From: a virus
Lineage: Duplodnaviria; Heunggongvirae; Uroviricota; Caudoviricetes
Direction: 5' to 3' (one strand)
Length of the DNA: 31,901 bases
IMG/VR virus record: IMGVR_UViG_2537561827_000016
Position numbers and translations under genes: made by a program. Positions 8,606-17,458 of this stretch are shown here, in pieces (the stretch's first letter is position 1; every line of letters begins with the position of its first letter). Below the pieces are notes generated by a model. The model was not told the DNA's origin. It saw only the letters and a program-made list of their open reading frames with translations, and did not search any database.

Positions 8606-9716
8606 CATCACCTCTGCTATTTTTCTCTGCTATTTCAGAACCTATAAGCTTAATATGTTTATTGATTCTTCGTGCTACTTCATGGGCCTGTCTATCATAC
8701 TCTACCGTGGCAACCATGCCTGCTGCATCTATCAAAGCTGCTTCAACTTGATAAAGTAACTGGAGAAAGTCCTTAGTAATATCAGATGTCAATTGATAGG
8801 CAACTGCGAGTGGAGCCCCCATTCGGAATTGCTCCAATGCCTTAGGGCTACTTACAACAGCAGCTAGTTCTCTTAAATTACGTGATTCTCCTACACGAGT
8901 TTTTTTATCCTCGCCTTTTTTATATAACCATTCAGTTAGTTCTTTTATTTCTTTGTTCTTTAAACTCTTAGAATTGATGATAGGATGACTTGGTATTGTG
9001 TCTCCATCGTCTTCGATTGAAACTCCGACAAACTGGCCTAACCGCTCATCAGCAAGTGCTGTTGATAATACTGAAAATTTAATCGTTTCTTCATCTAGCT
9101 TTTCAATACCATAAAAATCATTTTTTTTAATGATTTCATACACCGCTAAAGCGTCTAGGTTACGCTTGATATGATCCCTACGACTGCCAATAGCTCTGGC
9201 AACCTCATAGTAGCGTAGCATTGGATCCAGATTTGCATTGGTATAATCAAAAAGCTGTTTAATATATCGAGCTTTTGATAAGGGTTCCCATTGTTTGACA
9301 CCAGTAATATGTCTGAAACCAAGGTACGGAAGAATCTCTTCTCTTGTTTGGCGCTCAATGACAGGAACACGATCGACCGTATGTTTTGCATTTGATGCAA
9401 TTTCTCGTAGTCGAGCACTTGGATTTTCACATAGTGTCGGATCGCGGAATAATTTGACCGCGGATAGGCGACGGTTTCCTTCAACTACAATGTACTTCCC
9501 CGGCGCTCCACTATCAGGAATGACAATCAATGGTTCTCCAGGGAAAAAACCATTTTCCGCAATAGCACTCATTAAGTCTTCGATAGATGTTGAGGTTGCT
9601 ATGTAGTTAATCATTCCCAATTGGTCACGAGACACGCCTTCAGGAAGTCTTGGGTTTTCTGTGTCAAGTTCCAAATCATCTAGCGGAACATAAAGTATTT
9701 CTGAATCAGCAATCAT
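8595..9716 (-). CDS. ParB/Srx-like nuclease-domain protein
   Basis: N-terminal region ILYVPLDDLELDTENPRLP ... PLIVIPDSGAPGKYIVVEGNRRLSAVKL resembles the ParB N-terminal fold (PNPxQPR-like box followed by a GxRRxxA box). C-terminal roughly 230 aa unassigned. First ATG at 9716 with GGAG RBS; the ORF track's TTG start at 9755 is not preferred. Confidence 0.7.
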   Translation of the reverse strand: MIADSEILYVPLDDLELDTENPRLPEGVSRDQLGMINYIATSTSIEDLMSAIAENGFFPGEPLIVIPDSGAPGKYIVVEGNRRLSAVKLFRDPTLCENPSARLREIASNAKHTVDRVPVIERQTREEILPYLGFRHITGVKQWEPLSKARYIKQLFDYTNANLDPMLRYYEVARAIGSRRDHIKRNLDALAVYEIIKKNDFYGIEKLDEETIKFSVLSTALADERLGQFVGVSIEDDGDTIPSHPIINSKSLKNKEIKELTEWLYKKGEDKKTRVGESRNLRELAAVVSSPKALEQFRMGAPLAVAYQLTSDITKDFLQLLYQVEAALIDAAGMVATVEYDRQAHEVARRINKHIKLIGSEIAEKNSRGDDDF

Positions 9717-9942
9717 CTGGATCTCCGTTGAACATGTCCACGAGAAGGAGCACAAAGTTATTTCATAACATGCAATATACTCATTCTGTAGCCATAAATG
9801 AATTATTCATGATGTAAGATTCGCGTTGATGTGCGTGAATTCGCAAGTAATTATACAGCAAGGTTTGATTGGGTATCGTCAGCACCAGTGCGGTTCCAAC
9901 GTACTCATGCAACTGCATTAAAACCGCCCCATGAAGCGGGCG

Positions 9943-9961
9943 GGCGAGGCGGGGAAAGCAC
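9943..9961. other. cos site (19-nt cohesive end, P2-type)
   Basis: GGCGAGGCGGGGAAAGCAC matches the P2 cohesive-end sequence as I recall it, in the expected position just beyond the portal gene Q. Confidence 0.7.
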
Positions 9962-10101
9962 TGCGCGCTGGCGGTGGTGCTGATTTTATTTTTTCAGCGT
10001 CTGAGCGCGTCTTGATGGCGTTTAGATTGTGCGCCGGGGCGTTGGTGTGTCTACGGGGTGTTTTGTGCGGTGGTGAGCGTGTGAGGGCGTGATGACGGGG
10101 T

Positions 10102-10125
10102 GTAAAAAAGCCGCCCGCAGGCGGC
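10102..10125 (-). terminator. Rho-independent terminator after Q (end of the P-Q operon)
   Basis: Hairpin GCCGCC-CGCA-GGCGGC preceded on the plus strand by AAAAAA, which is a T-run after the hairpin on the minus strand, directly downstream of the Q stop. Confidence 0.6.
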
Positions 10126-10130
10126 GATGT

Positions 10131-11165
10131 TCAGCCGTTGTCAGTGTCCAGTGAGTAGTTTTTAAAGCGGATGACCTCCTGGCCGAGCCAGCCGTTTATT
10201 TCCCGAATCCTGTCCTGTAACGGGATAAGTTCATTGCGGACAAAGACCTTTGCCACTTTCTCAATATCACCCAGCGACCCGACGTTCTCCGGCTTGCCGC
10301 CCATCAACTGAAAGGGGATGCGGTGCGCGTCCAGCAGGTCAGCGGCGCTGGCTTTTTTGATATTAAAAAAATCGTCCTTCGTTGCCACTTCACTGAGCGG
10401 GATAATTTTAATGCCGTCGGCTTTCCCCTGCGGGGCATAGAGAAACAGATTTTTAAAGTTGTTGCGGCCTTTCGACTTGACCATGTTTTCGCGAAGCATT
10501 TCGATATCGTTGCGATCCTGCACGGCATCAGTGACGTACATGATGTATCCGGCATGTGCGCCATTTTCGTAATACTTGCGGCGGAACAGCGTGGCCGACT
10601 CATTCAGCCAGGCAGAGTTAAGGGCGCTGAGATATTCCGGCAGGCCGTACAGCTCCTGATTAATATCCGGCTCCAGCAGGTGAAACACGGAGCCGGGCGC
10701 GAAGGCTGTCGGCTCGTTGAAGGACGGCACCCACCAGTAAACATCCTCTTCCACACCACGGCGGGGATATTTTGCCGGTGAGGTTTCCAGCCTGATAACT
10801 TTACCGGTGGTGCTGTAACGCTTTTCCAGAAATGCATTACCAAATACCAGAAAATCCAGCACAAAGCGGCTGAAATCCTGCTGGGAAAGCCATGGATGCG
10901 GGATAAATGTCGAGGCCAGAATATTACGTTTGACGTAAATCGGTGAGCTGTGATGCACGGCAGCACGCAGGCTTTTCGCCAGACCGGTAAAGCTGACCGG
11001 TGGCTCATACCATCTGCCGTTACTGATGCACTCGACGTAATCCAGAATGTCACGCCGGTCGAGTACCGGCACCGGCTCACCAAAGGTGAATGCCTCCATT
11101 TTCGGGGCGCTGGCGGTCATTTTTTTTGCCGCAGGTTGCGGTGTTTTCCCTTTTTTCTTGCTCAT
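10131..11165 (-). CDS. Q: Portal protein
   Basis: 344 aa, same length as P2 gpQ; sequence matches the P2 portal as recalled. Confidence 0.93.
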   Translation of the reverse strand: MSKKKGKTPQPAAKKMTASAPKMEAFTFGEPVPVLDRRDILDYVECISNGRWYEPPVSFTGLAKSLRAAVHHSSPIYVKRNILASTFIPHPWLSQQDFSRFVLDFLVFGNAFLEKRYSTTGKVIRLETSPAKYPRRGVEEDVYWWVPSFNEPTAFAPGSVFHLLEPDINQELYGLPEYLSALNSAWLNESATLFRRKYYENGAHAGYIMYVTDAVQDRNDIEMLRENMVKSKGRNNFKNLFLYAPQGKADGIKIIPLSEVATKDDFFNIKKASAADLLDAHRIPFQLMGGKPENVGSLGDIEKVAKVFVRNELIPLQDRIREINGWLGQEVIRFKNYSLDTDNG

Positions 11166-12937
11166 CAGTAAAACTCCAGAATGGTGGATGTCAGCGGGGT
11201 GCTGATACCGGCGGTGAGTGGCTCATTTAACAGGGCGTGCATGGTCGCCCAGGCGAGGTCGGCGTGGCTGGCTTCCTCGCTGCGGCTGGCCTCATAGGTG
11301 GCACTGCGTCCGCTGCTGGTCATGGTCTTGCGGATAGCCATAAACGAGCTGGTGATGTCGGTGGCGCTGACGTCATATTCCAGACAGCCACGGCGGATAA
11401 CGTCTTTTGCCTTGAGCACCATTGCGGTTTTCATTTCCGGCGTGTAGCGGATATCGCGCGCGGCGGGATAGAACGAGCGCACGAGCTGGAACACGCCGAC
11501 ACCGAGGCCGGTGGCATCAATTCCGATGTATTCGACGTTGTATTTTTCGGTGAGTTTGCGGATGGATTCCGCCTGGGTGGCAAAGTCCATGCCTTTCCAC
11601 TGGTGACGCTCAAGTATTCTGAATTTGCCACCGGCCACCACCGGCGGTGCCAGTACCACGCATCCGGCGCTGTCGCCACGGTGTGACGGGTCGTAACCAA
11701 TCCATACCGGACGTGAGCCGAACGGATTTGCGGCAAACGGCGCATAGTCTTCCCATTCTTCCAGCGTGTCGACCATGCAGCGTTGCAGCTCCTCGAACGG
11801 GAACACCGATGCCTTGTCGTCAACAAATTCACACATGAACAGGTTTTTAAAATCGTCGGCGCTGTTTTCGCGTTTAAGCTGCTCAATGTCGAACAATGTG
11901 CAGCCGCCTTTCAGGGCGTCCTCAATGGTGACAATCTGCCGCCACTGGCCGTCCGCACAGAGAAGCCCACCGGCAAGGGCGTTATGACTGACGTCGATTT
12001 CCACGCGTTCAGCGGCGCTGGCGCGTCCCCGGTTAAACAGTTCACCCGACCAGAACGGGTAGGCGTCGTGCGCCAGCGTGGACGGGGGGGAGAAATAGGT
12101 CGAGCGCAGGTGACTCTGTGAGGCCATACCTGATGCCACCTTACGCAGTACCTGAAAATTCGGGATCCAGAAAATCTCGTCGACGTACAGGTCACCGTTA
12201 TGGCTCTGTGCGGTGTTGGAGTTGGTGCCGAGAAAAATCAGTTTTGCGCCGTTATTGCCCAGGACAATCGGGTCACCGGTCAGGTCAACGTCAACCAGAC
12301 GGGCAAAGGCGATGATGTATTCGCGGAACACATACGCCTGCGTTTTACTGGCCGACAGAAAAATCTGGTTATGACCGGTTTTCAGGGCACGCAGCAGCGC
12401 CTCGCGGGAAAAATAAAACGTTGCGCCAATCTGGCGGGATTTCAGGATATCGCGGATGCGGTGCTCAAGCCCGGCGCGATACCAGTGCAACTGATAGTCG
12501 AAAGACTGCTCAAAGAAAATCTGCTCCAGCTTTTCGATGGCCTCGTCACTGAAAAAATTCTTTTTCGGTTTGCGACGCCCGCCTTTGTTGCGGTTAGCGA
12601 CGTTCGGATTAAGGTCTGCCTCGTTGCCGGTCTGACTGTAGCGGTTTATCCGTGCCAGTCGTTCAATCTGGCGTCCGAGCAGGTCAATTTCCTTGAAGTC
12701 ACCGCCGGTTTTCTGCGGTTTGATGATGAGCTGGGTCAGCCGCGCTTCCAGACTCATTTCGACACGGCTGATGGGGGCAACGCTGTCCCAGCCGTCGCGC
12801 TGTTTCCAGCTCTGCACCGTCGGGCGTTTCATCTGCAACATGGCGGCAATCTGCGGCACGGAAAATCCCTGCCAGTACAGCAGCGCCGCCTGACGACGCG
12901 GGTCGTGTAAAAGAGTGGTGTCTGTGGTGATGGTCAT
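11165..12937 (-). CDS. P: Terminase large subunit (ATPase/nuclease)
   Basis: 590 aa from ATG 12937 (MTITTDTTLLHDPRRQAALLYWQGF, the P2 gpP start as recalled). Divergent from O, as in P2. Confidence 0.93.
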   Translation of the reverse strand: MTITTDTTLLHDPRRQAALLYWQGFSVPQIAAMLQMKRPTVQSWKQRDGWDSVAPISRVEMSLEARLTQLIIKPQKTGGDFKEIDLLGRQIERLARINRYSQTGNEADLNPNVANRNKGGRRKPKKNFFSDEAIEKLEQIFFEQSFDYQLHWYRAGLEHRIRDILKSRQIGATFYFSREALLRALKTGHNQIFLSASKTQAYVFREYIIAFARLVDVDLTGDPIVLGNNGAKLIFLGTNSNTAQSHNGDLYVDEIFWIPNFQVLRKVASGMASQSHLRSTYFSPPSTLAHDAYPFWSGELFNRGRASAAERVEIDVSHNALAGGLLCADGQWRQIVTIEDALKGGCTLFDIEQLKRENSADDFKNLFMCEFVDDKASVFPFEELQRCMVDTLEEWEDYAPFAANPFGSRPVWIGYDPSHRGDSAGCVVLAPPVVAGGKFRILERHQWKGMDFATQAESIRKLTEKYNVEYIGIDATGLGVGVFQLVRSFYPAARDIRYTPEMKTAMVLKAKDVIRRGCLEYDVSATDITSSFMAIRKTMTSSGRSATYEASRSEEASHADLAWATMHALLNEPLTAGISTPLTSTILEFY

Positions 12938-13110
12938 GAATACCTCGCCGTGATGAATACACGGCAAGGCTACTGAGTCGCGCCCCGCGATTCGCTAAGG
13001 TGCTGTTGTGTCAGTGATAAGCCATCCGGGACTGATGGCGGAGGATGCGCATCGTCGGGAAACTGATGCCGACATGTGACTCCTCTAATCACTATTCAGG
13101 ACTCCTGACA

Positions 13111-13965
13111 ATGGCAAAAAAAGTCTCAAAATTCTTTCGTATCGGCGTTGAGGGTGACACCTGTGACGGGCGTGTCATCAGTGCGCAGGATATTCAGGAA
13201 ATGGCCGAAACCTTTGACCCGCGTGTCTACGGTTGCCGCATTAACCTGGAACATCTGCGCGGCATCCTGCCTGACGGTATTTTTAAGCGTTATGGCGATG
13301 TGGCCGAACTGAAGGCCGAAAAGATTGACGATGACTCGGCGCTGAAAGGCAAATGGGCGCTGTTTGCGAAAATCACCCCGACCGATGACCTTATCGCGAT
13401 GAACAAGGCCGCGCAGAAGGTCTACACCTCAATGGAAATTCAGCCGAACTTTGCCAACACCGGCAAATGTTATCTGGTGGGGCTGGCCGTCACCGATGAC
13501 CCGGCAAGCCTCGGCACGGAATACCTGGAATTCTGCCGCACGGCAAAACACAACCCCCTGAACCGCTTCAAATTAAGCCCTGAAAACCTGATTTCAGTGG
13601 CAACGCCTGTTGAGCTGGAATTTGAAGACCTGCCTGAAACCGTGTTCACCGCCCTGACCGAAAAGGTGAAGTCCATTTTTGGCCGCAAACAGGCCAGCGA
13701 TGATGCCCGTCTGAATGACGTGCATGAAGCGGTGACCGCTGTTGCTGAACATGTGCAGGAAAAACTGAGCGCCACTGAGCAGCGCCTCGCTGAGATGGAA
13801 ACCGCCTTTTCCGCACTTAAGCAGGAGGTGACTGACAGGGCGGATGAAACCAGCCAGGCATTCACCCGCCTGAAAAACAGTCTCGACCACACCGAAAGTC
13901 TGACCCAGCAGCGCCGCAGCAAAGCCACCGGCGGTGGCGGTGACACGCTGATGACGAACTGCTGA
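13111..13965 (+). CDS. O: Capsid scaffolding protein
   Basis: 284 aa from ATG 13111 (MAKKVSKFFRIGVEGDTCDGRVISAQDIQEMAETFDP), matching P2 gpO size and N-terminus as recalled. Confidence 0.9.
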   Translation: MAKKVSKFFRIGVEGDTCDGRVISAQDIQEMAETFDPRVYGCRINLEHLRGILPDGIFKRYGDVAELKAEKIDDDSALKGKWALFAKITPTDDLIAMNKAAQKVYTSMEIQPNFANTGKCYLVGLAVTDDPASLGTEYLEFCRTAKHNPLNRFKLSPENLISVATPVELEFEDLPETVFTALTEKVKSIFGRKQASDDARLNDVHEAVTAVAEHVQEKLSATEQRLAEMETAFSALKQEVTDRADETSQAFTRLKNSLDHTESLTQQRRSKATGGGGDTLMTNC

Positions 13966-14023
13966 CCGGCGTCAGTCAGTCCGGGAAAACCTTCACGATT
14001 AACCCTTAATTTCAGGAAAAACT

Positions 14024-15097
14024 ATGCGCCAGGAAACCCGCTTTAAATTTAATGCCTACCTGTCCCGTGTTGCCGAACTGAACGGCATCGACGCCGGTGA
14101 TGTGTCGAAAAAATTCACCGTTGAACCGTCGGTCACCCAGACCCTGATGAACACCATGCAGGAGTCCTCTGACTTTCTGACCCGCATCAATATTGTGCCG
14201 GTCAGCGAAATGAAAGGGGAAAAAATTGGCATCGGTGTCACCGGCTCCATCGCCAGCACCACCGACACCGCCGGTGGCACCGAGCGTCAGCCAAAGGACT
14301 TCTCGAAGCTGGCGTCAAACAAGTACGAATGCGACCAGATTAACTTCGATTTTTATATCCGCTACAAAACGCTTGACCTGTGGGCGCGTTATCAGGATTT
14401 CCAGCTCCGTATCCGTAACGCCATTATCAAACGCCAGTCCCTTGATTTCATCATGGCCGGTTTTAACGGCGTGAAGCGTGCCGAAACCTCTGACCGCAGC
14501 AGCAATCCGATGCTGCAGGATGTGGCGGTCGGCTGGCTGCAGAAATACCGCAATGAAGCACCGGCGCGCGTGATGAGCAAGGTCACTGATGAGGAAGGGC
14601 ACACCACCTCTGAGGTTATCCGCGTGGGTAAGGGCGGTGATTATGCCAGCCTTGACGCACTGGTGATGGATGCGACCAACAACCTGATTGAACCGTGGTA
14701 TCAGGAAGACCCTGACCTTGTGGTGATTGTGGGGCGTCAGCTACTGGCGGACAAGTATTTCCCCATCGTCAACAAAGAGCAGGACAACAGCGAAATGCTG
14801 GCCGCTGACGTCATCATCAGTCAGAAACGCATCGGTAACCTGCCGGCGGTACGCGTCCCGTACTTCCCGGCGGATGCGATGCTCATTACGAAGCTGGAAA
14901 ACCTGTCCATCTACTACATGGATGACAGCCATCGCCGCGTGATTGTGGAAAACCCGAAACTCGACCGCGTGGAGAACTACGAGTCAATGAACATTGATTA
15001 CGTGGTGGAAGACTACGCCGCCGGTTGTCTGGTGGAAAAAATTAAGGTCGGTGACTTCTCCACACCGGCTAAAGCGACCGCAGAGCCGGGAGCGTAA
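14024..15097 (+). CDS. N: Major capsid protein
   Basis: 357 aa, same as P2 gpN; position between O and M. Confidence 0.93.
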   Translation: MRQETRFKFNAYLSRVAELNGIDAGDVSKKFTVEPSVTQTLMNTMQESSDFLTRINIVPVSEMKGEKIGIGVTGSIASTTDTAGGTERQPKDFSKLASNKYECDQINFDFYIRYKTLDLWARYQDFQLRIRNAIIKRQSLDFIMAGFNGVKRAETSDRSSNPMLQDVAVGWLQKYRNEAPARVMSKVTDEEGHTTSEVIRVGKGGDYASLDALVMDATNNLIEPWYQEDPDLVVIVGRQLLADKYFPIVNKEQDNSEMLAADVIISQKRIGNLPAVRVPYFPADAMLITKLENLSIYYMDDSHRRVIVENPKLDRVENYESMNIDYVVEDYAAGCLVEKIKVGDFSTPAKATAEPGA

Positions 15098-15100
15098 CCG

Positions 15101-15850
15101 ATGACGAGTCCCGCACAGCGCCACATGATGCGGGTCTCGGCAGCGATGACCGCGCAGCGGGAAGCCGCCCCGCTGCGACATGCAACTGTCTATGAGCAGA
15201 TGCTGGTCAAGCTGGCCGCAGACCAGCGCACACTGAAAGCGATTTATTCAAAAGAGCTTAAGGCCGCGAAAAAGCGCGAACTGCTGCCGTTCTGGTTGCC
15301 GTGGGTGAACGGTGTGCTGGAGCAGGGCAAAGGTGCACAGGATGACATTCTGATGACGGTCATGCTGTGGCGTCTGGATACCGGCGATATTGCCGGTGCG
15401 CTGGAGATTGCCCGTTATGCCCTGAAGTACGGTCTGACCATGCCGGGTAAACACCGCCGTACCCCGCCGTACATGTTCACCGAGGAGGTAGCGCTTGCGG
15501 CCATGCGCGCTCACGCTGCCGGTGAGTCTGTGGATACCCGCCTGCTGACGGAGACCCTTGAACTGACCGCCACGGCTGACATGCCTGATGAAGTGCGCGC
15601 AAAGCTGCACAAAATTACCGGTCTGTTTCTGCGTGACGGTGGTGATGCCGCCGGTGCGCTGGCGCACCTGCAACGTGCGACACAGCTCGACTGTCAGGCA
15701 GGCGTCAAAAAAGAGATTGAACGACTGGAGCGGGAGCTGAAACCGAAGCCGAAGCCGAAGCCGGAGCCAAAAGCGGTCACCCGCGCCCCGCGTAAGACCC
15801 GGAGCGTGACACAGGAAAAACGTGGACGCCCGAAAAAGAAAGCCAGTTAA
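15101..15850 (+). CDS. M: Terminase small subunit
   Basis: 249 aa, P2 gpM position; basic C-terminal tail with a KPKPKPKPEPK repeat. Confidence 0.9.
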   Translation: MTSPAQRHMMRVSAAMTAQREAAPLRHATVYEQMLVKLAADQRTLKAIYSKELKAAKKRELLPFWLPWVNGVLEQGKGAQDDILMTVMLWRLDTGDIAGALEIARYALKYGLTMPGKHRRTPPYMFTEEVALAAMRAHAAGESVDTRLLTETLELTATADMPDEVRAKLHKITGLFLRDGGDAAGALAHLQRATQLDCQAGVKKEIERLERELKPKPKPKPEPKAVTRAPRKTRSVTQEKRGRPKKKAS

Positions 15851-15949
15851 CAACCGAATGCGCCCCGCGCCAGGGCGGCACGCCGGTCAGTGTGGGTGAA
15901 TCACCTGACACTGTACCGGCGTCCACCGCCCGACTTTTCTGAGGTAGTC

Positions 15950-16459
15950 ATGATGACGCTGATTATTCCGCGAAAGGAGGCTCCCGTGTCCGGTGAGGGT
16001 ACGGTGGTCATCCCGCAACCGGCAGGCGACGAGCCGGTGATTAAAAACACGTTCTTTTTTCCCGATATCGACCCGAAGCGCGTCCGGGAACGTATGCGCC
16101 TTGAGCAGACCGTCGCCCCCGCCCGTCTGCGTGAGGCCATCAAGTCAGGCATGGCGGAGACGAATGCGGAGCTGTACGAGTACCGCGAACAGAAAATTGC
16201 CGCCGGTTTTACGCGTCTGGCGGAAGTCCCGGCGGACGACATCGACGGTGAAAGCATCAAAGTTTTTTACTACGAGCGCGCCGTGTGTGCGATGGCGACC
16301 GCATCGCTTTATGAGCGTTATCGCGGCGTGGATGCCAGTGCCAAAGGCGACAAGAAGGCCGACAGCATTGACAGCACCATTGATGAGCTGTGGCGGGATA
16401 TGCGCTGGGCAGTGGCGCGAATCCAGGACAAGCCGCGCTGCATTGTGAGTCAAATCTGA
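15950..16459 (+). CDS. L: Capsid completion / head-stabilising protein
   Basis: 169 aa from ATG 15950 (MMTLIIPRKEAPVSGEG) with GAGG RBS; matches P2 gpL length and position. Confidence 0.88.
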   Translation: MMTLIIPRKEAPVSGEGTVVIPQPAGDEPVIKNTFFFPDIDPKRVRERMRLEQTVAPARLREAIKSGMAETNAELYEYREQKIAAGFTRLAEVPADDIDGESIKVFYYERAVCAMATASLYERYRGVDASAKGDKKADSIDSTIDELWRDMRWAVARIQDKPRCIVSQI

Positions 16460-16662
16460 TGAAGACCTTTGCGCTACAGGGCGACACGCTCGACGCCATC
16501 TGTGTCCGGTATTACGGGCGCACTGAGGGTGTGGTCGAGGCCGTGCTCGCCGCAAATCCGGGACTGGCTGAACTGGGTGCGGTGCTGCCGCACGGCACCG
16601 CCGTCGAACTGCCCGACGTTCAGACCGCGCCCGTGGCTGAAACTGTCAATCTGTGGGAGTAA
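16459..16662 (+). CDS. X: Tail protein X (LysM-like)
   Basis: 67 aa from ATG 16459, overlapping the L stop; same size as P2 gpX. Confidence 0.85.
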   Translation: MKTFALQGDTLDAICVRYYGRTEGVVEAVLAANPGLAELGAVLPHGTAVELPDVQTAPVAETVNLWE

Positions 16663-16665
16663 CGC

Positions 16666-16947
16666 ATGACAGCAGAAGAAAAAAGCGTCCTGTCGCTTTT
16701 CATGATTGGGGTGCTGATTGTTGTCGGCAAGGTGCTTGCCGGTGGTGAACCCATCACCCCGCGTCTGTTTATCGGGCGCATGTTGCTCGGTGGTTTTGTC
16801 TCGATGGTTGCCGGTGTTGTTCTGGTGCAGTTTCCTGACCTGTCACTGCCTGCGGTGTGCGGCATCGGCTCCATGCTGGGTATCGCCGGCTATCAGGTGA
16901 TTGAGATTGCCATTCAGCGCCGTTTTAAGGGCAGGGGGAAACCGTAA
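16666..16947 (+). CDS. Y: Holin
   Basis: 93 aa with hydrophobic transmembrane segments and a charged C-terminus (RRFKGRGKP); P2 gpY position. Confidence 0.85.
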   Translation: MTAEEKSVLSLFMIGVLIVVGKVLAGGEPITPRLFIGRMLLGGFVSMVAGVVLVQFPDLSLPAVCGIGSMLGIAGYQVIEIAIQRRFKGRGKP

Positions 16948-17444
16948 TGCCGGTTATTAACACGCATCAGAATATCGCCGCCTTTCTCGACATGCTGGCC
17001 GTGTCCGAAGGGACGGCGAATCATCCGCTGACGAAAAACCGGGGCTATGACGTGATAGTCACCGGACTGGACGGAAAGCCGGAAATCTTCACCGACTACA
17101 GTGACCACCCGTTCGCGCATGGCCGACCGGCGAAGGTGTTTAACCGTCGCGGTGAAAAATCCACGGCCTCCGGTCGCTATCAGCAGCTTTACCTGTTCTG
17201 GCCGCATTACCGCAAACAGCTTGCCCTGCCTGATTTCAGTCCGTTGTCACAGGACAGACTCGCCATTCAGTTGATCCGCGAACGTGGTGCACTGAATGAC
17301 ATCCGGACGGGACGCATTGAGCGCGCCATTTCACGCTGTCGCAATATCTGGGCGTCCCTGCCGGGTGCCGGTTACGGTCAGCGTGAGCATTCACTGGAAA
17401 AACTGGTCACCGTCTGGCGTACCGCCGGCGGCGTACCGGCTTAA
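16947..17444 (+). CDS. K: Endolysin (lysozyme)
   Basis: 165 aa, P2 gpK size and position, directly after the holin. Confidence 0.9.
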   Translation: MPVINTHQNIAAFLDMLAVSEGTANHPLTKNRGYDVIVTGLDGKPEIFTDYSDHPFAHGRPAKVFNRRGEKSTASGRYQQLYLFWPHYRKQLALPDFSPLSQDRLAIQLIRERGALNDIRTGRIERAISRCRNIWASLPGAGYGQREHSLEKLVTVWRTAGGVPA

Positions 17445-17458
17445 ACGGAGTAAACACC

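Noticed and set aside
10304-12910. Multiple long antisense or overlapping ORFs inside Q and P (e.g. 10323-10781, 10604-11083, 11237-11686, 12200-12910)
   Set aside because: They lie wholly within well-supported portal and terminase coding sequences on the opposite strand or in alternate frames; typical shadow ORFs of GC-rich coding DNA.
12938-13110. Ogr-dependent late promoter dyads (TGT-N12-ACA type) in the P/O divergent region and upstream of V and FI
   Set aside because: I could not find an unambiguous match with the correct spacing by eye, so no late-promoter feature is reported even though such promoters are expected.
15248-15853. 201-aa antisense ORF across gene M, and similar antisense ORFs in T (28197-28886) and D (29704-30276)
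   Set aside because: Fully overlapped by conserved structural genes; no independent start or RBS evidence; low-complexity translations.
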